From assembly GCF_028641065.1 (NCBI RefSeq), contig NC_073387.1, positions 28,830,001 to 28,894,000 on the forward strand: a DNA stretch of 64,000 nucleotides. Reading direction: 5' to 3'. Under the pieces are notes generated by a model. It had not been told where the DNA came from and ran no database searches. It saw nothing but the letters and a program-made list of their open reading frames with translations. The position numbers were made by a program, and so were the translations under genes. This stretch comes from Leucoraja erinacea (taxonomy: Eukaryota). Positions 10,163 to 20,190 of this stretch are shown here, piece after piece; positions within the stretch are counted from its first letter, which is position 1; every line of letters starts with the position of its first letter.

Positions 10163-12099
10163 ACATGGAGGTAGGTGGGTCTGGTTCCTGTCGACATACG
10201 CAGACAAAGGGTGTTGTATTAACAGGAAGGCGTTTAAGGTTCTTCAAACATGTTTGGTGCTCCTTTACTAGCAACAAGTTTATACTCAACAGTATCAGTG
10301 GATACAAAATTGAATTTAAACCAGGCATAGAACCGCCGGTTCAGCACATACCCCAAAGGGTATTCCTTCCCACAGAATCAGAAAAGGTAGAAGGACAAGC
10401 TGAACTAGATAGGCTCGTGTCCAAGGGCATCATAGAGAGGGCCAGACACGAGCCATTGGAATTTGTATCGAATATATTTATCAAAACTAAAAAAGATGGT
10501 GGATGTCGCATTATCATTGATTTGACATCACTAAATCAGTCTGTTGAGTATCAACATTTCAAAATGGAGACATTTGTTACTGCCAGACAACTGATCTCCA
10601 AGGGATACTTCATGGCAAGCATAGATATTAAGGATGCTTACTATTTAGTACCCATTCATAAGGATCATTTCAGATATCTGAAATTTATCTGGATGGGGCA
10701 ACTATGGCAGTATAGAGCATTACCCAATGGTTTAACGACAGCTCCCAGATTATTTACTAAAATTCTCAAAGTGGCCATGAAAAAATTAAGAGAACAAAAA
10801 CATTTAGTCATGGCCTATCTGGACGATGTTCTCATATTGGGGCGAACAAGGGAACTAGCTGTCGCAGGAGTTTTAGCTACTAAACAGCTCCTTGAAACAT
10901 TGGGATTTGTTCTACACCCAGATAAATCAATATTGAAGCCAACAACTAACATGGACTATCTAGGCTTCACTATTGACACTATCCGTATGACTGTCACTCT
11001 GCCAAGAGACAAAAAGGCTACATTAACAGAAGCCTGTAACAACTTAATCGCAAAAACACAACCAAGGATCCGGCATGTAGCCAGAGTCATTGGTAGTATA
11101 GTAGCAGCATTTCCAGCTGCACAATATGGCCCCTTGCATTATCAGAATTTACAAAGAGCAAGGACACATGCACTACGTCTAAGTAGGGGGCATTATGACC
11201 GACCTATGGATTTACCCGCTGAAGCCAAATCAGAACTTCAGTGGTGGGTGGATAACATTTGGCACAGTTACAGTCCTATCGCCGTCACCAATCCTAACAT
11301 AGCCATTACAACGGATGCCAGTGCTTTAGGCTGGGGAGCTACTAACTCTATATCCAGCACAGGTGGCAGATGGACTAATTCAGAGGCATCGCTACTACAA
11401 TCACTTGGCATAAATTATTTGGAGATGCTGGCCGCCCTTTATGGGCTAAAAGCATATGTATCCGATATGCGGCACGTGCATGTCAGGTTAATGATTGATA
11501 ACACGACGGCGGTGTCTTACATCCAGCACATGGGTGGCATAAAATCAGTATCATGCGACAAATTGACTACTATAATCTGGCAATGGTGTGTCGAGAGACA
11601 TATTTGGCTATCAGCTGCCTATTTACCAGGCAAGCTAAACACAGTGGCGGACACCAGGTCACGAAAATTCAATGACAACATCGAATGGATGTTAGACCCA
11701 AAAATATTTGCTAGAATTGTTAAGCAATACGGTACGCCAGATATAGATTTGTTTGCGTCTAGATTAAATCACCAGCTACCCATGTATGTGGCTTGGGAAC
11801 CAGACCCAGAGGCAGCAGCGGTAGATGCCTTCATGCTGGATTGGGGAAATTTCTTCTTCTATGCTTTCCCTCCCTTCAGCCTCATCAGCCGGGTACTCCA
11901 GAAAATACAAGCAGACTCAGCTTCAGGTATTCTGGTCGTACCCGACTGGCCTACCCAACCATGGTTCCCAGTCTTCCACGACATGGTGGTAGAGTCACCT
12001 ATGGTTTTTCACAGCCACCCACAACTATTGACTCACCCGGTATCCGGCATAAGCCATCCATGCCATCAAAAATTGAAACTCCTGGTTTGTAGGTTCTGA
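10159..12099 (+). CDS. pol: DIRS ORF2: reverse transcriptase, RNase H and Dam-like methyltransferase domain
   Basis: RT: KKDGGCRIIIDL, IDIKDAY, ALPNGL, YLDD, YLG. RNase H: TDAS..WG, INYLE, IDNTT, NTVAD. MT-like: IDLFAS, YAFPPF, VVPDWPTQPW. Confidence 0.95.
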   Translation: MNMEVGGSGSCRHTQTKGVVLTGRRLRFFKHVWCSFTSNKFILNSISGYKIEFKPGIEPPVQHIPQRVFLPTESEKVEGQAELDRLVSKGIIERARHEPLEFVSNIFIKTKKDGGCRIIIDLTSLNQSVEYQHFKMETFVTARQLISKGYFMASIDIKDAYYLVPIHKDHFRYLKFIWMGQLWQYRALPNGLTTAPRLFTKILKVAMKKLREQKHLVMAYLDDVLILGRTRELAVAGVLATKQLLETLGFVLHPDKSILKPTTNMDYLGFTIDTIRMTVTLPRDKKATLTEACNNLIAKTQPRIRHVARVIGSIVAAFPAAQYGPLHYQNLQRARTHALRLSRGHYDRPMDLPAEAKSELQWWVDNIWHSYSPIAVTNPNIAITTDASALGWGATNSISSTGGRWTNSEASLLQSLGINYLEMLAALYGLKAYVSDMRHVHVRLMIDNTTAVSYIQHMGGIKSVSCDKLTTIIWQWCVERHIWLSAAYLPGKLNTVADTRSRKFNDNIEWMLDPKIFARIVKQYGTPDIDLFASRLNHQLPMYVAWEPDPEAAAVDAFMLDWGNFFFYAFPPFSLISRVLQKIQADSASGILVVPDWPTQPWFPVFHDMVVESPMVFHSHPQLLTHPVSGISHPCHQKLKLLVCRF

Positions 12100-13070
12100 A
12101 CAGGCCTTACCAGGGATTGGGGTTATCAGAACGAACAATCACCACCATGTCGGCGTCCCTGCGAGTCTCTACCAAGAAGCAGTACTTGACCTACATCAGG
12201 AAATGGGAGCAGTACTGCTTGGATGCAGGGACATCATACAAGACAGCCTCGATCACGGACGTGCTGGAATTCCTGGCCCACTTGCACCATGACCAAAAGA
12301 TGAGCTACAGTGCCATCAATGCAGCACGGAGCGCCCTGTCCGCTTACCTTATGCCTACAGGACATCACAGCATTGGATCCCACCCTCTGGTTATAAAACT
12401 CCTCAAAGGGATTTATAATACTAAACCCCCTACACCCAGATACACCCATGTATGGGACATAAGTGTAGTTTTGTCACACCTTAGAGGTTGGCCTCCGGTG
12501 GGATCCTTGAGTCTGGAGCAGTCCACTCTCAAGACCCTCATGCTTATGGCGCTCGTCTCTGCGCAAAGGGTTCAGTCACTGCATCAACTAAGACTGGACA
12601 ACATGGTAACCACCCCAGACTCCATTACATTTACAATGCCGGGGTTGGTAAAACAAAGCAGGCCAGGTATGCCCAACTCTCCGCTAATCTTCCGGGCCTA
12701 CCCTCCAGAACCTAGGCTGTGTGTAGTGACCCATCTATACAACTACGTAGACACAACCCAAACGCTTAGAGGGAGTGAAAAAGCCTTATGGGTCAGCCAC
12801 AAAAAGCCTTTTGGACGGGTTACCAGCCAGACAATATCTAGGTGGTTGAAACAGGTCTTAAAAGCCGCGGGGATTAACACGGATGTTTTTAAATCCCATT
12901 CTATCAGGGCAGCGTCCACGTCAGCGGCGGAACGGATGCAGGTTCCCATAGACCACATCCTTAGTACAGCGGGATGGTCAAGGGAATCAACGTTCCGAAA
13001 ATTTTACCACAAACCGCTGATGGAGAAGGACTTGTTTGCGGACAAAATTTTAGAATCTGCAAACTTATAA
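12093..13070 (+). CDS. DIRS ORF3: tyrosine recombinase
   Basis: Frame open from 12093, first ATG at 12147. N-terminal STKKQY..W domain. Catalytic R (AQRVQSL), HSIR, AGW and Y (FRKFY). Confidence 0.93.
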   Translation, partial: VLNRPYQGLGLSERTITTMSASLRVSTKKQYLTYIRKWEQYCLDAGTSYKTASITDVLEFLAHLHHDQKMSYSAINAARSALSAYLMPTGHHSIGSHPLVIKLLKGIYNTKPPTPRYTHVWDISVVLSHLRGWPPVGSLSLEQSTLKTLMLMALVSAQRVQSLHQLRLDNMVTTPDSITFTMPGLVKQSRPGMPNSPLIFRAYPPEPRLCVVTHLYNYVDTTQTLRGSEKALWVSHKKPFGRVTSQTISRWLKQVLKAAGINTDVFKSHSIRAASTSAAERMQVPIDHILSTAGWSRESTFRKFYHKPLMEKDLFADKILESANL

Positions 13071-13106
13071 TTTAAAGCCCAGGGGAGCTATTTTTTGTTA
13101 TTGTTA

Positions 13107-13112
13107 AATAAA
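13107..13112 (+). promoter_or_regulatory. Candidate poly(A) signal of DIRS transcripts
   Basis: AATAAA about 37 nt after the YR stop, followed by T/GT-rich sequence. Confidence 0.4.
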
Positions 13113-13231
13113 CATTTTTGTTTCAAAAAACTAACAAACTCGTTGGTCTTTAGATACCACTTCCTCCCTCGATGAACTTCAGCAGTGAGTGATATAGCTG
13201 TTACACGGTTTGAAATCACAGACCTTTGAAG

Positions 13232-13344
13232 TCTTCACGTAGTCACTCACGTGACTCCGAAGTAAAATAGTGAGATTAAACGAGTACTTACCAGTACGAA
13301 GTTTGATCTGTATTTTATGAGGAGTTACGATGAGGGATTACGTG
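13232..13344. repeat. DIRS internal complementary region (ICR)
   Basis: 13232-13268 is the exact reverse complement of 8752-8788. 13266-13344 is the exact reverse complement of 13490-13568. The two halves share AAT at the junction. Confidence 0.95.
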
Positions 13345-13445
13345 CCCTCCGCTCCCACCCTCGTTGTATAGATCAAACTCGAGCTGATGTCTCTTTAATC
13401 TTTACTATCTTTACTTCAATATTGTGTCTACCTGTGATTCCACAC

Positions 13446-13568
13446 CGCTGCTTGGAAGTATGCCGCGCCTGCGCACTGGGTGGGTTCTTCACGTAATCCC
13501 TCATCGTAACTCCTCATAAAATACAGATCAAACTTCGTACTGGTAAGTACTCGTTTAATCTCACTATT
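13446..13568 (+). repeat. DIRS right ITR plus right extension
   Basis: Inverted copy of the left ITR, followed by an extension complementary to the ICR. Ends ...CTCACTATT. Confidence 0.9.
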
Positions 13569-13776
13569 AAACATGAAATACAAATAAGCTGTGGTCTCCT
13601 TACCTGAACATAAACGTAATTTCTTAATTTAGATTTCCTTGATAAGCCACAGCTGACACAGATATAACCTGGCTACAATGATCATCTTTGCTTACTATTC
13701 ATAATAATTAAACTTTATTCTGTCATGAATGCCCTAGAAATGGTCATTTGTACAATGCTGAAAATGATTTTGTTAA

Positions 13777-14013
13777 GGGCCTGTCCCACTTTCACGACCT
13801 AATTCACGACCTTTTTTTACTCGTGAACATTTTTCATCATGCTAGTAAAAACGCCCCGACCTACTTGATGTTACGAGTACCCACGACTAGCATCACGGCC
13901 TGCTACGACCTGCCTGCGACCTCCTACGACCTCGTGACGACCATGCTGCAAGTATGAGTCAAGGGGAAACTCGGCAGAGGTCGTGAATTAGGTCATGAAA
14001 ATGGGACAGGCCC
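13777..14013. mobile_element. Complete MITE (non-autonomous DNA transposon)
   Basis: TIRs GGGCCTGTCCCACTTTCACGACCTAATTCACGACCT and AGGTCGTGAATTAGGTCATGAAAATGGGACAGGCCC, with TTAA on both flanks. Superfamily uncertain (Harbinger or Kolobok-like). Confidence 0.85.
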
Positions 14014-14442
14014 TTAAATCAGCTATGCTCATGGAAAAACAGTAGCTTGAGCCTTTCATTGAATCACATTTGACAGGAGTTTGACCAAACAGTGGCCTCA
14101 TGCAATGCTCAAGACATCGAGTTCCGCTAACTGCTATAAACTAAGCTCCTTATCAAAGGCCAAGGGCAGTTAAATCTAGCAATTTCTTCAAGTAAGAGGA
14201 ATAAATAAATAATATCACACTTCTAATTTAACGAATTGCAATGTTTATAATAAAATACAGTCAGGTGCTTGTAAATGACCATACTGCAATTCCTAAGAAT
14301 AAAGTCCCTTAACGATGGACATCAGTGAACTAAATGGAACTTTACCACAATCTTGTAATTTGATGGTTATAAAGACAAAGCTTTAATTCCAGTTGTTTAC
14401 TTCCTTCATTATACATTCACTATCTATCGTGCGATGAGGTGT

Positions 14443-15405
14443 TTAAGAAGGAATTGCAGATGCTGGAAAATCGAAGGTAGACAAAAGTGCTGGAGAAACT
14501 CAGCGGGTGCAGAAGCATCTATCGAGTGAAGGAAATAGGCAACGTTTCGTGCCGAAACCCTTCTTCAGACTGGTGTAGGGTGGGGAGAAGAAAGAAACAA
14601 GGAAGAGGAGGAGCCTGAGGGCTGAGGGAGAGCTGAGAGGGGGAGGAGACAGCAAGGGCTACCGTAAATTGGAGAATTCAATGTTTATGCTGCTAGGGCG
14701 CAGACTGCCCAAGCGGAATATGAGGTGCGGCTCTTCCAATTTCCGGTGGTGCTCACCCTGGCCATGGAGGAGGCCCAGGACAGAGAGGTCGGATTCAGAA
14801 TGGATGGAGGAGTTGAAGTGCTGAGCCACCGGGAGATCAGGTTGGTTAATGCGGACCGAGCGGAGGTGTTCGGCGAAATGATCGCCAAGCCTATGCTTGG
14901 TCTCACCGATGTAGATCAGCTGACATCTAGAGCAGCAGATGCAATAGATGAGGTTGGAGGAGATGCAGGTGAACCTCTGCCGTACCTGGAATGACTGCTT
15001 TTGTCCTTGAATGGAGTAGAGGGGGGAGGTAAAGCGACAAGTGTAGCATCTCTTGCGTTTGCAAGGGAAAGTACCCGGGGAGGGGGTGGTGCGGGAGGGA
15101 AGGGAAGAATTGACCATGGAGTTATGGAGGGAGCGGTCTTTGCAGAAAGCAGACATGGGGGAGATGGGAAGATGTGGCTAGTGGTGGGGTCACGTTGGAG
15201 GTGGCGAAAATGACAGAGGACTATTTGTGGTATGTGACGGCTAGTGGGGTGAAAGGTGAGGATTAGCGGGACTCTGCCCTTGTTGTGAGTGCGGGGATGG
15301 GCAGAGAGGGCAGTGTTGCGGGGTATGGAAGAGACCCTGGTGAGAGCCTCATCTATAGTGGGGGAGGGGAACCCCCATTCCCTGAAGAATTAGGACATTT
15401 CCCTG
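14443..15405 (-). mobile_element. 5'-truncated Penelope-like (Neptune-type) element
   Basis: GIY-YIG ORF plus 3' UTR with hammerhead-like motif. 14-bp TSD GTGYGATGAGGTGT (14429-14442, 15406-15419). Confidence 0.9.
14659..15156 (-). pseudogene. PLE GIY-YIG endonuclease domain fragment
   Basis: PCKRKRCYTC Cys motif, NLIYCICCSRCQLIYIGETK..L..F.EH, VAQHFN, RKLEE..LIFRLGSL..INIE. Confidence 0.9.
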
Positions 15406-15711
15406 GTGTGATGAGGTGTGTCAGGTAGAATTGAACTGATATTGTTGTATTAAATGTCAAGCACATTTTCCCACCAATCACTTCAAGCTTTCGAACAGCT
15501 TGGTATATGCTAGGAAAATTGATAGACAACAGTTGATTAAAAGTGCGAATGAAGATTTTGGTCATTTGAATTTTCTTAATAGAAATAAATCATGCTGTGG
15601 AAATATGTAATTATGCAATATGGTGAGTTCAAACCTATTTAATAATCACAATGAACCCATTATCTCATTTACTTTTTATTTAAAATCTTGGGCCATAGAT
15701 CTTAAAAATAT

Positions 15712-16205
15712 GTGTAGGAAGGAACTGCAGATACTGGTTTACACCGATGATAGACACAAAATGTTACTCAACTAACAAGCTACGAACTAACAAAATATTT
15801 ACACTGATGAAATATAACACTATTTTGCTACTTGGTTGGATTACTTAAGGTTAGAAAGTCCCACTGTTTTAATGTTAATCAGAGTTCAAATTGCTTATGA
15901 ATGATCCCTGGAGATTATGTGCAAAAAAGAAAAATCCAGGTTTCCGAAAAATAGCTTTTAGTAACTCAACGGGACACGCAGCATCTCTGGATAGAAGGAT
16001 TCGGTGAAGTTTCGAGTCGAGATACTTCTTCACACTGAGAGGCAGGGGAGAGGGAGACACAGATATAAGGAAAAGTAAGGTGTGAAAACGAGACATCAAA
16101 GGAGATGCATGCTCACGGAAAATGTAGAATGGACCATTATTAGCTAGTGAAAGTGACAATGAAACATACAGAGATAAAATTTAATCGGGGGGACAGTCAG
16201 ACTGA
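15712..16205 (-). mobile_element. PLE 3' terminal fragment interrupted by a roughly 190-bp insert
   Basis: GGAAGGAACTGCAGAT..TAGACACAAAATG, then insert, then AGTAACTCAACGGGAC..CATCTCTGG. Homologous to 30920-31310. Confidence 0.7.
15785..15953 (+). repeat. Diverged direct copy of 8433-8603
   Basis: Shared ATGAAATATAACACTATTTTGCTACTTGGTTGGAT and ATGTTAATCAGAGTTCAAATTGCTTATGAATGATCCC. Confidence 0.9.
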
Positions 16206-17694
16206 TGGATACTCTGTTACTGTGTAAATCAAGGTCAATAGATCAACAGATTTGAAAAATATGTAGGGAATCGAGGGTAATGGGATCAGTGCAGAAAATT
16301 GGCTCTGTGGTATGATTAGCATGATTTTATTGACCTGAACAGGCGTGTTGCTAAACAGCATCAATAACTTCAACATGTTTTATTATCATAAATATACCTG
16401 TCATACCACAGTCATGAAAGCCTACTATGGTATGTGCATACATTCAGCCCATATTGCAACAGAGCAAAATCAGTATTTAAATTCTATTTAATGAATAATG
16501 TGATTGTAACCATGTGAGTTTAAACTGAACTCAATTCTTTCTCTCTGTAACACCACCCTTCAGAAAGGGATAAATTAATAAATTATTAGAAAAATAAATT
16601 ATCTTTTTCCCTTGAAACAAAATAAAGCCTGTTCCCAGAAGCAAGGGTTTATGACACATAACATGGCCATTTAACCCATCATGTTAATGTCAGCCCAAAA
16701 CAAATTTGTAACTAAAAAACATTTTAAGCTCAAAAGATGCTGATCAACGTTAATTGATGTTTGAACAAAGTCCCTACAGATATTAGAAATAATTTTCTAT
16801 TTACTAGTGTTTGAATGATACCATGAGTGTGCATTTCAGTGCAGGAATGAAATAAATACCGGATTTAATTAAGAGATTATGGGATTATTTTTTTTGCTAG
16901 CTTCACTGATTGTTTGACAAATTATTCACTTCCTATATAATTTACATCAGCTGATTCCATTTGCACCAATAATTCAAATCTAACCCTTGTATCCAACAAA
17001 TTAAAACACAATAAGAATGAAAAGCAGGTATCGATAATGGGAGCTATAACTCCACTCTCTGCCATAAAACTTGCGTGTTTCTTAACGTCCTTTTCAAAGC
17101 AATTAGGTTTTTCTTGCTTGTTCTGACTCCAGATATGTGGTTAATTCTTAAATTATCCCTAAATTAGCTATTTTTTTCAGTAAAATCAAATCTGCAGAAT
17201 AAAATTAAAAGCAGACTAATTATCAAGTCTTCTCCTTTCCATTGGAGTCTTCAATAACAAATGCAATATCTGAATTATTCGTCCCTGAAAAATCTTCTTG
17301 ACAAATATCTTCGACGTTGCACTTGAATTGAGAAAACTGCTCCTCATACTAATCAAGCAATGGTGTGATATTATCACACTATGGAGTTATAGCTTCCCGG
17401 CAACATAGACTCATCCAACACAATCTCAAATAATCCCAGTTCCATAGGCAGGCAGACTCACAGCTACAGACAATTGGGGATGAGAGTCATCTCCATTGAC
17501 TGTGGATCTCATGTGGATAAATATGGGGGGGAGATATGGGGGGAGAGGGGGGAGGGGGGGGGGGGGTCAGGGTGGGGGGGGGAGGAAAAAGATAAAGCAG
17601 GAGAGGAAGTACGGAAGAGAAAGTGAAATCCCTACTGACTGTACCTTTTTTCACAGGCTCGGAGGAAACCTGAGACCGCCAGCACCTCCTTCAT

Positions 17695-17925
17695 TTTTTT
17701 CACACAAAGAATGGTGGGTGTACGGAATGAGCAGCCAGAGCAGGTAGTTGAGGCAGGCACTAATGCAACGTTTAAGAAACAATTAGACAGGTACATGGAT
17801 AGGAAAGGTTTAGAGGGATATGGACCAAATACAAGCTGGTGGGACTAGTGTAGATGGGACATGTTGGGCGGTGTGGGCAAGTTGGGCTGAAGGGCTTGTT
17901 CCCACTCTGTATGACTGTATTACTC
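17695..17925 (+). mobile_element. CR1 LINE 3' fragment
   Basis: TTTTTCACACAAAGAATGGTGGGTGTACGGAATGAG...GGGCTGAAGGGCTTGTT..CTGTATGACT. Confidence 0.75.
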
Positions 17926-19336
17926 TATTATGTGCCCAGATGTCACACTCATCAATTTCATTCTCTGCAGAAGCTGTCTGGTGAATATTTCTAGCATTTT
18001 CTACTTTCATTTCAGATTTGTATCACCCACAGTAATTGGGTTTTGTACTGATTAACTCTGCTTCATTTCATTGGATCTGTTTCTTGATTAGTTCTTCAAC
18101 ACAATGTTCCAGAAAACTTACATAATTGATTCTAAGAACTGGCTCCCCAAAGCCACCTTTGCCAATTTGATTTACTGAGTATTTATGAAGATTAAAGACC
18201 TCCAGGATTATATCATTAGTTTTGTTCTCTGTACCTTGAATACTAATCTATAAAATGATTACAGTTGGGAGCTTTCTACAAATCCCCTGAGGTTGTGCAT
18301 CCTTTGTAATTCTGTGGCTCCATTTATACTGATTCAACATCCTGACTTTCAAGCATGTTACTTTATCTTATCCTTTAACACTGGGGCTATCACCTCCTAT
18401 TCCATTTTGCCTTTAGTATCTATCACACAAGTACCTGATCATTGCCAAGTTTGGGTGCACTCCAAGTCAACAAAAAGCCACGTCAAGTTTTAATATCAGA
18501 GGAACATCAGTGATAATGAAAATAAATGAAGAAACAATTCTCATGGAAGGAAATTAAATCTGCAATTCATGCCAACGGCTTTATCTTTAGTTTTCTCTCA
18601 GCCAGGAAGATTAATTGAAACCAAATCACAAATGAAACAGGACTCCACAATTATCAAAACTCTCAAAACTAGAAACAAGCCTGAGGATTTGCAGTTCAAA
18701 TAAGTTTTCAAATATTTTTCTTTTAACTTCTTTCCAAGTCTTTTTGCCAGCCAAAGTTGCTAAATCCACACCCTTTGTTAATCTAAATTTCAGAATTTGA
18801 AGAATTACGAGTTGCTTTGTAAAACTCAAGTTGAAAAATGCATTTCACGCATGAAAAAGGAGAAACAAAACATGTTTGTTCAATTAAGAAGACATATAGT
18901 AATGATTCCGAATACCGGCCGATCAACAGTGAATTGTAATCCTCTGATTGATTGTTGATTAGTACCTGATAGCGAAGAGTACCTGAGAGACGGGAACCCG
19001 TTTACTTCTTGAAAAGTAATCCAAATACGAAGGGTACCCCTAATTCTGTAGAACTTAGAGAGGAGGGATAGAGGTCCCCCTATAGAAGTCCTGTCTTAGG
19101 AGAAGTATAGTAACATTCAAGAGGAAAAGTATTCATTTAAGGAGTAGTACCCCTCAGCAAAGTGTAACCTAGGAAGGGGAAATCTTCGGTATCAAAGAGA
19201 GAGGTTCACTGATTGATAACAACGTGACGCGGCGACGAGATTGAGTGTTTGTAAACTGTGCGCTAGTGCTTTAAATCATTTTTGTAAATTGTAAAAATCT
19301 AGCTTTTTGTATTGTTATCGGATCCGAATTGTGTAA

Positions 19337-20050
19337 ATATTCTGTGTATATAAATACATTTCGAGTGTATTAAGATTTATAAAGTTAAGATTTAGAGTCC
19401 GTGACCGCTGTGTATTGCTGCTTGTGCAAGTGTTTACCGATTTTGATAATTGAAGCAAAAGTTGTTTGAATTAAATATTTGTAATTGTTAAGATCGTAGT
19501 ATTGTTAGAATCTGAGTCATGGTGGTTCGATCAGGGGTTGTACTCTTTCGATCGCTATGTTGGGGAGGAGTCATTCCACTGACCGATTGCGCCATGAGGA
19601 AGATTTATTAGAATGTGATTTATTGGATGCTTGGAGTTTATATTGGGGTGTGTCTTAGGTTATTTGTAATCGGGGGGATATTTTCATTTCTGATTATAGT
19701 TCTATTAGCGTGGTTTGGATTTGTCTGTCTGTGCGAATTTAAAGTGGATTGAGTGAGAGAGAGATTGATGCATGGAAGAGACTGTGATTGAGAGTTAGAC
19801 TTGGATTAAGAAACCAGAGATCCTTTGTTTGAAAATTTAGTTGAATGAAGTGATTGTGATCTAACTGATAAGAGAGTTGGGAAAGCGACTGAATAAGAGT
19901 GAGTCGTTTGAATAATTGAATAGGAACAATTGAGTGAGTGATTGAGTAACTGTTGAAATATTCTGTGTATATAAATACATTTCGAGTGTATTAAGATTTA
20001 TAAAGTTAAGATTTAGAGTCCGTGGATCGCTGTGTATTGCTGCTTGTGCG
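19337..20050 (+). repeat. About 95-bp direct duplication within the ERV-like leader
   Basis: ATATTCTGTGTATATAAATACATTTCGAG...GTGTATTGCTGCTTGTGC at about 19337-19428 and 19957-20049. Confidence 0.85.
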
Positions 20051-20190
20051 AGTGGGTGTAAATCTGAGAGACGATTAGCCATTGTGTGGGAGAGACTCCA
20101 TTGACCTTGGAGTCTGGAAGGAAGGAGTGAGTTTGAATAGGTGTTAGTGTCTGGAATTTTATTTTGTATTTTATCTATTGTGCAGGAAAA

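Larger units (their letters stand above)
8752..13568 (+). mobile_element. Full-length DIRS1-type tyrosine recombinase retrotransposon
   Basis: Three intact ORFs (gag, RT-RH-MT, YR). ITR core 8779-8814 is the exact inverted copy of 13460-13495. ICR 13232-13344 is complementary to both termini. ATT at both ends. Confidence 0.96.

Noticed and set aside
18540-18930. Possible 5' LTR or primer-binding site of the ERV-like element
   Set aside because: No similarity to the putative LTR at 25173 and no TGG-starting tRNA complement found by eye.
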